The position numbers and the translations under genes are program-made. Source: the human T2T-CHM13v2.0 reference genome, Homo sapiens. From it: a DNA stretch of 64,000 nucleotides. The stretch is from NCBI RefSeq assembly GCF_009914755.1, contig NC_060925.1; one strand, 5' to 3'. This document shows, piece by piece, positions 43,367 through 58,445 of the stretch; positions within the stretch are counted from its first letter, which is position 1; every line of letters begins with the position of its first letter. A model generated the notes under the pieces. That model had not been told where the DNA came from and did not search any database. It saw only the letters and a list, made by a program, of their open reading frames with translations.

Positions 43367-44001
43367 TGTGATTGCTAGAAGTCTAAGATAGCCCCGAAGT
43401 CTCCTGCTTCCTGATGTACACACACTGTATAACCCCTAAAATTACAAATATGATGTTTATTACTCTCACGATTATGTTACATCTTATGGCCAAAAAGAAT
43501 TTTGCAGGTGTAGTTGAGTTCCCAAATCAGTTGACCTGAAGATATCAGAGATTATCCATGTGGGCCTTGCCTAATCACATGAGTCCTTTAAATCTGGCTT
43601 TAGAAGTGGGAGACAAAGAGGATAAGCAATTTGAATCATGATAAGGATTCAACTTGCTATTGCTAGTTTGGAGATAAAGAGGAAATCATGTGGCAAAGAT
43701 TATGAGTGGCCTCTAGGAGCTGACAGTAGCTCCCAGCTGACAGCCAGCAAGGAAACAGGGGCTTCTGTCCTATAACTAGAAGGAAATTAATTCTGCTAAT
43801 GACAAGAATGAGCTTGGAGGAGAAATTTTTCCTAGAATTCAGTCTGGTAGAAAAATTGATTTCAGTCTGGGATACTCTGAACAGAGAACTTAGTTATGCC
43901 ACACTAGACTGCTGATCTACAAAACTCTTAGCTAATACGTGGAACTTTTTTGAGTTGCTAAATTTGTGGTAATTTGATATGCAGCCATAGAAAATAATAC
44001 A
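43367..44001 (+). mobile_element. MaLR solo LTR, MLT1E-like
   Basis: 'ctaagatagcccc', 'cccaaatcagttgacc', 'cagctgacagccagcaaggaaacaggg'; ends 'aaaataataca'. Confidence 0.8.
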
Positions 44002-47000
44002 GCATCAGACCCAGAAATATTTTGCCAAACAGGTACATCAGAAGCACTGTTGAGTTCAGCATGAGTCCACCACATTAGCAAAGTTAAAAAACAATTATCC
44101 ATATAGGTTTCTTGATTGGATGGTTCTGCCTGCCCATAAATCAGATGTACTAGACATATAAGTATCACATGGTACATTATCAGTAACCTTTCAGTGCTCA
44201 GCAGAGTATAAGGAATCTTTTTTTAAACATCATTTTCTATTAAAATTTATCTTATTTATTTATTTTTCAAACTATCCTATTTCAGAAAGTTTCCTGCCCA
44301 TTTCTAGGTCTCAGTATCCCTATATATGAAATGAGAAAGCAAACTTGAAGAATATAAAGAACTCATTCAGGATTTCTGAGTCATCCTTTTCTCCTCTCTA
44401 GAGACTCTCCTGGAAAGAGATAGTTGGGCAGGTCCTTCAGCTAGGACCTCTTGGTCTTCTCCTTCATACCATCTTCTCACCCTTGGTTATTCCTAACCCT
44501 CCATGATGCACTCTCTTCATCTTTCTCCCCCAAGCGTTTTGCAACTAAAAGTCGCCAGGATGTAATGTGCATTCTGCAGGACGCATTATCAGAAGCCACC
44601 CTACTTTCTCTTCCAACTGAAAGCTTTTAGTTAAGTTCAATTGATATATAGACCTGGCTATTCTATGAACTCAGAGCCATGCCCAGTCTATCTCATATCT
44701 GACTACCCGGAAGTTACTTTGGATTGGGGTTCATAAATGCTGTTGTTTCAGATTTCCAGAAAATTATCTCTGATTAAGCAAAGACTAGAAGTTGGAAACC
44801 TGACATCTCTACAAAACATTCTGCAGATGAGTGAAAAACACACAGCCCATCACAGAGAACTTGCCATGGTTTACTCAAATTGATTAAGAAGATGTTGCCA
44901 TAATAATTCACCTGCTGTTATTTAATGAATTCACTTATAAAAACAAAAGAACAACAACTCTTACTGAGGCCTTCTATGTCTGTGTGAATAACAGGAGTCT
45001 CATTTTTCAAATTCAGATCGGAATTGATACTGATTAAAACCGGAATGATGCTTGATAATAAATGAGAATGGCTATCATCTGCAAGTGTAAATGATTTAAA
45101 TGAGTGCACATATTTTGTTGGAGTCAGTAAATGTTTAACATAGGAATCTAAATTTTACCTGATAAAGCTTATGTGATCTATGACTTAAGTCTTTTTATAT
45201 TACCCCACCATTCTTTCTCTTGGAATAGTTCTCTCTTATTAGGTTGCATATGGAGATAATGTGGATTATTGAGAGCTGATGGTATTTTCCAGCAAAAATG
45301 CAAAATAGAAAGTCCTGAGAATCGCCCATATTTTGTGAGATAAGGCATAGAAAAATGATCCCATAAGGAATACTAGAAAGGAACGGCCAGAGAGGTGGAG
45401 GAAAACTCAACAATATATGGCTTCACAAGACTGGGAGAGCAGAACAGAGAAGGCGGAATAATGCTTATCAGATTTGTCTAATATGTAGCAGTGAGGATAA
45501 TTTCAGTGATATAGTTGAGGCCGAACCAAGTTGCAGTGTGTGATAGATGGAGTAGGAAGCAAGGAACTAAAGCCAGAGGGTTTCAATGCCTCTGTTGACA
45601 GGATTGCCATCTTCATTACACTGTGTGTCCCTCCTAGGCAGGGACCTCTTCCTGATTCTTCTTCATATTCTCAGTATCCACACTATAGGCTCTGGAACAA
45701 AGAAGGCCTAAGGATCACTTTGGGGGAATGCTTCTTCCCCATACTCTGTGTTTCCTTCCATGGAGGACATCAATTATTACAACATTCCTGGCTTCGCTCT
45801 ATCTTTTAAAAAGCTTCATTCCTATGGGGAGAAGGTGGTTTGGAAGGAGAAACTAGACCTTCAGCTTACCCCCTTTTAAAAGCTTCTCTCTCTCTCATCT
45901 CCATGCTCTAAGTTTTAGGAGCTAATACTTTTGAGGGGGGCGGGGAGTGGGGGAGCTGCCCTGATACGGTTAACCTGGAAAGTAATATTTTCTAGAATAA
46001 TTTATAGCTTTAGTATGTCACAAAAAGTATTGTGTTCATCTACTGAAAATAAACAACAATCTATAAATATCTTCCAAAAAGATTTTTGCAAACCGTGGAT
46101 ACAGATTTCCTATACTCACAACTTTCACAAATGTCTTTTTATAGCATTATGGTAATGTCTCTTATTTCAAAGTTTAATTAATGAGGATATTTGGAATGCT
46201 TCATTTTTCTCTCTTCATAGTACTTATATCCCTTTTTATGCATGATTTAAGGAATTTTTTATGGTTAATCTTATGGATAACTTTGAAGGTTTTGTCGAAA
46301 TAAAATTTTGAGGGGGTGAGCAGGTATTGCAACCTGAATTTGTCCTCAGAAGTGAATTATTTTGTAATAAGACTTATTCTCAAAATACTTAGAGCGTAAA
46401 TTGAATTAAACAACTAAATATTAAATCTAGTTCTTATGTTTCATTTTGTCTAATATTAATGATAGCACAATAAACAATTCTACAATAAGAATTAGATATA
46501 ATCTCTACTTTCTGCTTTGTATTAATATTTAAATTTTCATAATTTTTTTACTCAAATAATAAAATAAGTTTTAAAGTTATCTAGCTAATGACTCTTTGTA
46601 TTAACTGTCATTCTATTTTACTATTTAGTTATTTGGAATTTTTAAATAATTTTTTTGTATGTAAACATAGCAGCTTTCACAATGAATTAATTATTGACGC
46701 AATTCGCTCATGCAAAAATACGCATGGCTGCATTTCAACTGATTTATAGAATTTCAAAAATTTGAGGAATATGAGGAAATTTTTTACTTCAAGTTACATC
46801 CAGAATGCTTTCTTATTCAAAAGTGAATATGAAGTGACAACTGGTAAATGTAAATAATGGGCACATTTTGTATTAGTAAAGTTGTTATTTTGATTAGCTA
46901 TGATGGAAACCTATGGGATGTTTGTTATGTTTTTGTTTAAGTTATGTTTTTATTCTTTTGTCCTTGTTTTTTCTCTTAATTATCCAAAGGGGTTTATCAA

Positions 47001-47030
47001 TTTTGTTGATCTTTTTGAAAAACAAAGTTT

Positions 47031-48450
<1,420 letters not shown>

Positions 48451-48916
48451 GAAAAACAAAGTTTCAACTTTGTGAATTCTCTTTATTGTTTTCCTATTTT
48501 CTGTTTCATTGTTTTCTCCCTACATTGGATTTTCTTTACATTTCTTTATCAAGCTTCTTAAGGTGGAACTTCAGGCTACTGATTTTACACCTTTGTTTTT
48601 TTCTTATATAAACATTAGAAACTATACACTTTTCTGTAAGTTCTACTTTAGTTTCCCCTTAAGTTTTAGTACTAATACTTTTATTATTATAGAACTTGAA
48701 ATATTTTCTAATTTTTCTTGGATCATTTAAAGTTATGACTCTTGGGTCATCCTTCTTTTACTGGGGGAAAAGAAAAGGCTATCCCCAAAATAATCACCGG
48801 GTTATTTAAAATTATATAATTTTTTTTCCAAACTGTGGGATTTTTCTAGATATCTTATTGTTATTTATTTCTATTTAATCCTATTGTCAGAGAACACGTG
48901 CTATATGACTTCAGGC

Positions 48917-49314
48917 TTTTTTTCTTTCTTTGAGATAGATCTCACTTTGTCACTCAGGCTGAAATGCAGTGGTGTGATCTCGAGTCACTGCAGTCCCAAC
49001 TTCCTGGGCTCAAGCAATCCTCCCATCTCTGCCCCCCACAGGTAGTTGGCACTACCAACTACTTGTTTTCTCCCTACATTGGGTTTTCTTTGCATTTCTT
49101 TATCAGGCTTCTTAAGGTGGAACTTTAGGCTATTGATTTAGGCTATTGATTAAAACAGCACGCACCACCATGCCCAGCTAATTTTTGTATTTTTAGTAGA
49201 GAGGGGATCTTGCTATGTTGCCTAGACTGGTCTTGAACTCCTGGACTCAAGAGATTTGCCCACCTCGGCTTCCCAAAGTGCTGGGATTACAAGCCTATAC
49301 CACTGCGCCTAGCC
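48917..49314 (-). mobile_element. AluJ interrupted by a ~100-bp insertion
   Basis: 'cctgggctcaagcaatcctccc', 'cttgctatgttgcc'; non-Alu sequence at ~49056-49155. Confidence 0.9.
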
Positions 49315-49459
49315 AACTTCATTTTTTTTTTTTTTTTTAGTTTATTGACAATTATTTTTGACCTAGAGTATTTTCTGTCTTGTTGACCATACCATGTGTG
49401 CTTGAAAAGAGTGTTTTCTGCAGTTGTTGGGTGTAATGATTTATAAGTATCAATTATGT

Positions 49460-49777
49460 GGCCAGGTGTGGTGGCTCATGCCTGTAATCCCAGGACTTTG
49501 CAAGGCCAAGGCAGGCAGATCACTTGAGGTGAGGAGCTGGAGACCAGCCTGGCCAATGTCGGGAAACCCCATCTCTACTAAAAATATAAAAATTAGCTGG
49601 GTGTGGCGGCACACACCTGTAATCCCAGCTACTCAGGAGGCTGAGGCACAAGAATCCTTTGACCTTGGAGGTGGAGGCTCCAGTGAGCAGAGATTAAGCC
49701 ACTGCACTCCAGCCTGAATGAGAGTGAGACTTTGTCTCAAAACAAATAAAGAAAAAGCAAACAAACAAACACATACA
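49460..49777 (+). mobile_element. Alu (Sz/Jb-like)
   Basis: 'gatcacttgaggt'; TSD caattatgt/caactacgt. Confidence 0.9.
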
Positions 49778-52180
49778 CAACTACGTTAAGATGGAAGTGC
49801 TGTTCAAAACTTTTATGCCTTCGATGATTTTTAAAATTAATTTTATCATTTCCTGTGAAGGGGTGTTAAACAAATTTACAAGAAATTTCCAAGAAACTTC
49901 CAACCACGACTTTGTCTATTTATCTCTTTAATTCTGCTAATTTTTTCTTCATGTATTTTGAAATTATCTTACTAGATGTATATGTATTTCTGATTGTTAT
50001 GGCTTTGGTATGAATTGACCCCTTTGCCATTGTTATTATCATTAGGAGCACATTATCTCTGTTAATGCTCTTTGTCTTAAAGTTGACTTTCTCAAATATT
50101 GGTATTTTATTTTATATGTAACATTAGTATATAATACATTCACTAATTTTTATTTAAAATAATTTTAAAAGTAATATTAAATTCATGTACCTTTAATCTA
50201 TCTTTGTCTTTATACTTAAAATAAATATAATTGAGTCTTGCTTTAAAATCTAAGCCAACAACCTCTGCCTTTTAATTGGAGAGTTTAATCCATTTATAAT
50301 ATATTTATTATAGTTATTAATATGCTTAGGATTAAGTCTACCATTTCAGTTTTTGTTTTCTCTTTGTCTCATGTAGGTTTTTCCTCTGTCTCTCCTGCCT
50401 TTTTTCTTGTTTTAAATTGAATAAACATTTGTATGAATTAAATTTTAATCTATCTATTGACTTTTTAATTTTTTTTTTTTTTGCATTATTTTTAGGAGTT
50501 GCCTCCGGAGTTATACTACAAATATTTAGTTTTCACACTCTATCTAATTTGTATTGTGCCATTTGTAAAATGTAAGAGACTTGCAATCTTACAAACCTTT
50601 GGTTCTCTTTTTTTTTTTTTTTTTCTGGGATTTCCCCCCTCATCAAGCTGCCATTTACTTTGAGCTCTTTCGTCTAGTTCTTCAAGTTGGCAAAACTATG
50701 TATTTCTATCCAATATTCAGCCACCTGTGTGGAGTTGAATGGGGTGTTCCGTCAGATAAAGAGCCACACAAATGGGAAACTCAATGCTGTTTCTCTTTTT
50801 CCATGTGTTGACTCCTGTTGGATTCCTGTCTTATACCTTTATGAGAGTTATATAGTTTTGTCTGGAAGAATTAGTACAATAGAAGAAATCCCACCATTTC
50901 AAAAATCTCTTCAAACCATCTCCTTCAAATTTAAATTAAATTTAAGCGTTCTTTTCCTTACATCCTCCTTATTTTCAGGCATCTAATTTTTTACTTGTAT
51001 TTGGAAACTCACATTTTCTGTGAATAAATTAAAGATCTCGAATTGCTTACTGATAACTGAGTCAGACAAATCTTGACATTTTCTTGAACATTTAAACAAA
51101 ATAGAATTCTGCATTCCTCAAGTGTACCGAATCATGGTATTTAGAGTTAGTTTTACGAATCTCTGTTAAAGAAATAAAACTTACCTGGTGATTCTGACTA
51201 ACCTTTGAGACAGATGTTTGACTTCTAAATTAAACAGAAGTTGTTACTAATTTAAAATATAAATTCTGATATTTTAATTCTGTAGAAGGAAGGCAAAAAA
51301 AATTGGAGAAAAGAGGAATCATCAGAGTTACTTTGGGTGCAAAAACTATATTACATGGAATTTATAATAATTGTCTTGTATTTCCCAATTATCCTAAAAT
51401 TAGAAAATAAGAGTAATATAATTTTGCAAGTAAACTTCTTTGGGGACATTTTGTATGCTCAATGAAAATTTATATTAAATTTTTCTTAGAATTGAGGGTT
51501 ATTAACAATAATAATTTGCTCAGTTTGTAATCTTATTCTTTGTTAAGCACATACTTATTAATGATGTAAAATATCACTATTCTAAACCATAAAATATGCT
51601 ATATGATGGAAACTCTTGTTTCAGATAAAGATAATTAAAAATGACCTTCCTAAATTTAGTTTACTTGAGCCTAGGTTTTTCATAGGTTTCCCCACTTAGA
51701 TTTCTCATGTAGAAATAATTGATGAAAAATGATATTATCAATCTAATTTGAAATAAGAACAGTTCTGGAAGTCATAATTAATAAGCTGTCTTCCACACAC
51801 ACGTGCATGTACACCCACACTTACACACACACACAGTCAACTCACATTTGCAGGCCTTATGAACCTGATCTATTAAAAAATAAACATGTAGGCAATTTCC
51901 TTCCGTTAGTTTCTATGTGGGAATCTAACCAAAAGAGTGTCAATTAAAAGAAATTAGTGTAGAGTCAATGATTAGGCATCTGTGTTGTAGTTTTCCAGTT
52001 TGCTACTTGGCATTGCTTTTGCAGTGTTATTGCAATGAAAGAACTGAAAACATCAGACTTGAGTATGAGAAAATCAGCAAGAAAATATAGTAAATAAAGA
52101 ATATGGAGCAAAAGCTGAAATTTTACATAAGTCTATTTTATTAATATCCCATGGGAAAGAACAGCTTTATCTTCACTTAC

Positions 52181-52250
52181 TTAAAAGTGAATGCCTTACC
52201 TGGGAAGAAGCAGAAAGTAGGACAGAAACAGGCAAAGAAAAGAAGATTTG
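52181..52250 (-). promoter_or_regulatory. Candidate recursive splice site (3'ss fused to 5'ss) with a 19-nt RS-exon
   Basis: Minus strand: caaatcttcttttctttgcctgtttctgtcctactttctgcttcttccCAG|GTAAGGcattcacttttaa|GTAAGT. Motif only; no transcript evidence. Confidence 0.35.
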
Positions 52251-54086
52251 GCTTAATGGCAGAGTTCACAAGTTGTTTAGAAATCTCAAGGCATAAAATT
52301 TAATAGGTTCTCCTTACACAGGGTTCAGGGAAAAAGCCTAAAGGTGTGTGAAACAATAATTAGTCTTTAGAAAAGAGTAGGCAGTAGAAGACAGTCCTTG
52401 AGGCTGTTGCTTTCAGTTTCTCAGTTCCCACTCTGACTGCAGTATTATGGAAGACTCAAAAGCAGTCGTCCCTGACATTTTTCAGTCTGCAAATCACTTT
52501 AAAAACCCCAAGAGGGAGATATATGGTAGTGAAATATAGTTAGTACTTGGAGCCAACCATGATTTGAGCTTTTGGCATAGGCACAGCATAAAGTAGCTTT
52601 AAAAAATACTGCATTACTTTATAGCCCCTTGTTGATTTATAGATTGCTATGTCTTTCAAATTTTGTGTTCATTTTCATCTCCTATTTGTTTTTGTGTATG
52701 CTATGATAAAGCCAGTATCTGGTCTGAGAATAGTTTTATTTTGTGATTTTCTGAGTTCACAAAGTAGAGAATACACACAATTGCCAATAGTTTGCCCCCA
52801 AATAAAATATCCCCCTGAAATTTATAATTGATGCCAAAATATTTTCTCTCAATCTATGTATTTCAATTATAAACTGAACTACTTAGGTGTAGGTTGCAAA
52901 ATGATGGAGAGCTACAGCTACCTAAAATAACCACATAAATTCTAAGGATTCAACAATGCTGCTGGAGAGTACATTTCCAATCAAGTGTGACTTTGCAACT
53001 TAACAAGATAGGCTAGGAATTAGATTTTCCATTTCCTGAAGGCAGATCTGGTTTTATATGTGGGCAGAGTAAGTAGCTGCTTCTGTATTGGGATTTGAGG
53101 CACACTAAAATTCTTTCCCTATCTCTGATGCTAAAGTATATATTTCATCCATACTCAGAATCTTGAAGGTTTTGTAATCCAACTCTCAAGTTTTAGAATG
53201 AGGAAACCGAGATCCAGAGAGGTCAAATAACTTGTTCAATCTTGTCTTTTTTTCCAGAAGTCTAAAATGATACAGAAAACCAACATAACAAGGAGACTAT
53301 ATAGATTGGGGTAAAAAAAAAAAAGCCAGAAATAATGTTAACATGCTTACTGTAATGATTTATTTGTTACCTGTTTAACTGAACACATTTTGGAATTTTT
53401 TAACAACTTAAGAAACAAGGAAAATTGAGTCATATCATTCACAATAGTCAGAAGAAAATTATTATTTATTTATTTTGGCAAAGTACAATTAGCAGTGAAT
53501 TTTATATTTTATATTCTCACTAGAGATATATATTTCCTAAGGAGTACTTCATAAAAAGGACTGCTCGTGAGGCAATAAAGAAACTTCTTTACAAATCCTG
53601 AAAATGGGTGTAACTATACATTTCAGAGAACCCTTCCTCATAATCTCCTTCAATATAAATTGCTGGCCACATACCAAAGTGCAATTAAGTGAAAGGAATT
53701 CTGTTGGGGACCAGGACAGTGGTATTCTACTCTCAACTTGTCTGTCTGGATTTAGAAATCTAATAAGATATATGCTTAGCATATTTAAAAAATGGTTTTT
53801 ACTAAAATCAATAAAATATTAACAGTAGTTAGCATGTTTGACAAGCTGTGAACTTCTTACATCTTGGTGTAAGTCAGATGCTTCACTGAAAATGGACAAT
53901 TTTAAAATTCATTTTAAACAGTTGTATGCATTGTGCACAAAGAAGAATAGGAATTCAACTGCAAGAGCAAAAAGCTCAAGAGAAAATGAAGATCGAATAT
54001 TTTAATTGGCAAGAATCTTGAGATTAGGTTTTTTGATGAAACCAGTGAAGAATTATGCATTGAGAATCCAATATGTTACCACATAT

Positions 54087-54157
54087 GTTCTGAGAGGTTT
54101 GCATTTTCATTTAATGCTGTAGGAGTGAAGCAGATGAAAATGCAAAACTCCCAGAAC
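54087..54157. other. Inverted repeat / pre-miRNA-sized hairpin
   Basis: 24-bp arms (54087-54110, 54134-54157) with 2 mismatches, 23-nt spacer. Confidence 0.85.
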
Positions 54158-54419
54158 CTTCCAGTAAATTTCATTTTAGAAGAGATTGAAAGCAAACTCT
54201 TAAAGAGGTTAACCTATACTCAGCTCATTTGGAGACCTCTAAGCATATTTTTTTCTTAACTCAGCAATACAAAGCAAAAATAAAGCTCACAACACTATAG
54301 TCCATGGTTGCGTAGTTTTTTTATCAATAAAATTTAAGGGTTTTTTTTTTTCACACAGAAATAGCTCAATGACCAATTCAGTGAGCACTTTATATCCTAG
54401 AACAGGTGCTAATGCTGTA

Positions 54420-55450
54420 TGATGTAGTTCCTTTAACATCCCGAATATAATTCATCAAGAAGTCTTATTGGCGCTGTCTTGAATGACTACCCAAATCTGA
54501 TTACTTCTCAACATCTTTACTGCACTCGTGAAGTCAGCATCATCTCTCACTTTTACGACAGCAGAAGTCTCCTAACTGATCTTTCAACTGCCACAACTTG
54601 TCCCTATCCTCCAAACCACAAAGCCATTTTCCAATCAGCAGCCAAGGAGATTTCCTTACAATGTATATCAAATCATATTTACTTCTTTTTGTAAAAACCC
54701 TCCCAAGATTTTCTATTTTCATTGGAATATAATCTCACAATTTTATCCTGTCCTTCAAAACTGCATGAAGAAAGAGGCATGGTTAATGGTTCTTTCCTTT
54801 TTTAAAATGCTGTGCCATTTTACTGCCCTCACTGCTCCTGACAGTCCAAGCATGTACATTTCTGTCTGTGAACTTGCGGTTTGCTATGCCTGGAACCCTC
54901 TTCTCTCCGATGTGTTATACTGTTTCACCATTTAGGTCTCAACCTGCCAGCTCTTCAGAAGGACCTCTTTTACAACTTATTCTTTATGAATAAGTTCCTA
55001 GGGGAAGGGAAAACGTCTACCAAAATAACTCCAAGGAGATCCTATGCCTAGAATAGCCCCTGATAAAACTGTGATGTCAATGAAGTGTTTACTTGGTACC
55101 CCTAGCTTCTTCTTACTGTGTTATTTTCTCCTTTTTATGGTATTTGCTCCTCCTTGTTTCAGCAATTAGTGTCTCCCCCTTCTTCAATAAAACCTCAGAA
55201 AAAACTCTCTGTCATTCTTTGCCTCTTATTTTGCATAGTAGTTAAAACGTTAAATTATGAAGAGCATTCAACAGTTTTTCATGACCATATTTTGTTTGCT
55301 TCTGAAGTTATATCATTTGCTTGTATATGATTGTTGTCTGCCTCCTCCTAGAATACAACACTGATGAATACAGGGACTTTGTCCTGCTTACTTCTGTATA
55401 TACCATAGAACAGTGCCTTGCATCAGCTAGATAATGTTGAATGAATGCAT
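54420..55450 (+). mobile_element. L2 3' region interrupted by a 265-bp duplicated segment
   Basis: 'catcatctctcac', 'gtctcctaactg', 'cagggactttgtcctgc', ends 'tgttgaatgaatg'. Confidence 0.7.
54983..55247 (+). repeat. Dispersed direct duplicate of 56678-57396 (minus the Alu)
   Basis: Shared blocks 'tttatgaataagttcct', 'tgataaaactgtga', 'cttcaataaaacctcagaaaaaactctct', 'ttattttgcatagtagttaaaa'. Confidence 0.92.
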
Positions 55451-55570
55451 GGGTAAAAAATAATGCTCTTGTCATATAACCATAACACTGCTGATTTAGA
55501 ATTAGTAGGATATGTATAAGATGCAATCATAGGAAACAATCATAACAACTTTTGTCTGTGTTCCATTGTC

Positions 55571-55834
55571 ACCAAACACCGCGTGTTCTCACTCATAGGT
55601 GGGAATTGAACAATGAGAACACTTGGACACAGGAAGGGGAACATCACACACCGGGGCCTGTTGTGGGGTGGGGGGAGGGGGGAGGGATAGCATTAGGAGA
55701 TATACCTAATGTAAATGACGAGTTAATGGGTGCAGCACACCAACATGGCACATGTATACATATGTAACAAACCTGCACATTGTGCACATGTACCCTAGAA
55801 CTTAAAGTATAATAAAGAAATAAAAAATAAAAAA
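55571..55834 (+). mobile_element. Short L1PA4-like 3' end with A-rich tail
   Basis: 'gttctcactcataggtgggaattgaacaatgagaac...taccctagaacttaaagtataataa'. Confidence 0.93.
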
Positions 55835-56780
55835 CATATTTCAAAATGATTTGATTAAGGTTTTAGCACAGTGTAAGTTTGGGAAGGCATATAGCTCGTG
55901 GCCTTGGCATCCATTTGCCATTCTCTCCTCAGTGGACCCATTACTAGTAAGTGAACCTAAAATTGTTAAGATAAGTAAAACAGTTAGGAGTATATTTTTA
56001 TATTTCTGGATACCTCATCTGGTTATAGAAAATATTATCAGTGAAGAGTAATAACAAAACTGTCATTAATATTGGATCATATTAGGATTTGAGATCAACG
56101 TACTCCGTGTTGATCTTTACTAGGACTGAGCACTGGCCCAGGATGTAGTTAACTCCTGGTCTCCTTCCTGATATTCTTCCTCTCCATTTTCTAAAAAAGG
56201 AGGCTCTTGAGTCATGGGATATATAGCCTAGTGAGTTCCTGATGTTGATTTATGAAGCTCTAAGATTTGCAAACCACTTAGGAAAGCTCTTGTTGTTGAA
56301 GGGAAAATAGAGTATTCTTTATTTCCGTGAATAGCTTATTTCTAATAAAGCATTTTTAACAATTTGGCATTTACTTTAGAAAAAAAATGGACATTAGGTA
56401 TCACTTAAAATTTACATGTGTTAGTATGACAGAGTGTAATAGATGTTCATTAGCCCTAACTGCAGTCTTTAACACAGATAACAGACAATTTATAAAAAAT
56501 GGTTACACTATATTTATTTAGCACTTTCTAAGATGGATTACGTTATAGACCAATAAATTATCAGAAAAGGATGTTACTTAGACTAAAATGCAGTTTTAAG
56601 TAAAGTGCTAGCTCAGTGCTGAGGGGGAAGAAATCTTGTGACTAGATGCCAGGTGGTCTCTTTTATACACTCTGTTTTTATGAATAAGTTCCTGGGGGGT
56701 GGGGGTAGAAGTCTGACAAAATAACTTCAAGGAAATCCTGTGCCTAGGACAGCCCCTTGATAAAACTGTGAAGTCAATGA

Positions 56781-57249
<469 letters not shown>

Positions 57250-57381
57250 TCTAGCCTCTTCTTATTGTTATTTTCTCCTTTTCATGGTATTTGATACCCC
57301 TTGTTTCAGCAATTTGTGTCTCTCACCTCCTTCAATAAAACCTCAGAAAAAACTCTCTTGTCAGTCTTCATCCCTTATTTT

Positions 57382-57625
57382 GCATAGTAGTTAAAAACAG
57401 AGATTTGAGGGCTAGACTATCTGGATTCAAATCCCAGATCTACCACTTATAGTGTTGTAATGTTGTGTTCGTAACTTACGTTTTCCATAACTCAGTTTTC
57501 TCTTGTGTAAAATGAAATTATAGTAGTTTTTCCATCAGAGGTTTGTGGTTTTGGTTTAATGAGTTAAAATATGAAATCCATGATAATCTTGCCACGTAGC
57601 AGGTACTCAGCAAATGTTAGCTCTT
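57382..57625 (+). mobile_element. MIR
   Basis: 'ctggattcaaatcccagatctaccactta', 'ctcagttttctcttgtgtaaaatg', 'tactcagcaaatgttagct'. Confidence 0.75.
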
Positions 57626-58204
57626 ACAAGGTATCTGTTTCATTGCTAATTTTGGGAGAAATAATTTTGTCTTTTCTTGAAGGAATTTTAGGCAATTGTG
57701 CACAGAAGCAGTTGACTAGGTAATCTTTGGGGTTGGAACTCTTCTATGTTGGTCCTGAAATAATATAATGAGGTCAGTTCTTACTGTGAAGGTCAGCAGA
57801 GCTTCCCTCAAAATTTCAAGGATTAAATGGCCGCTACAGCCAAAACTGTCCAGGCTCCAGGATTTTATGTATGGCTGATGGAATTCTGGAGTTGGAAATA
57901 GTTTACAACTTATATATTTCTTATGTAACAAGTGAGATGCTAGTAGTATGCTACTAGATTTCAGAGATCTTTTCTATAAGATGTTTAAGAAAAAGGGATA
58001 GAGAGCTGGGAGTGAAGGCTGCTGTGATGTTTCTGTTTACTTTGAAGGTCTTTATAAATTAGCATATATTGTCAATCCACTCAACTGGTGTCATTAAATG
58101 ATATTTTGTGCTCAATACCATGAGCATAATCTTTTTTCTGCATGAAATATGGAGAAGGAGTAGAGAAACAATATAAAAGATTTATGCCATAACAATATGT
58201 GTGA

Positions 58205-58445
58205 ACATTATTTATGGAACACAATTCTATATGCCAGGCAGTGTTCTAGGCACTTCCATGCGTTTTCTCATTGTGTCCTCAAAGCTGGTCTACAAAACAG
58301 AGTTTGTTCTTCTCATTTCGCTGTAATAGATGGAAATGGCAGAGATTAAATGTCATGACTGTGGCCTACCTGCTGCCCAGAGGTAGAGCTAGGATTCATT
58401 CCAGGCCTGTCTGTGTCTAACTGGAGCTTGTCCTCTTCATCACTG
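58205..58445 (-). mobile_element. MIR
   Basis: 'tatatgccaggcagtgttctaggcactt', 'gtagagctaggattca'. Confidence 0.6.
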
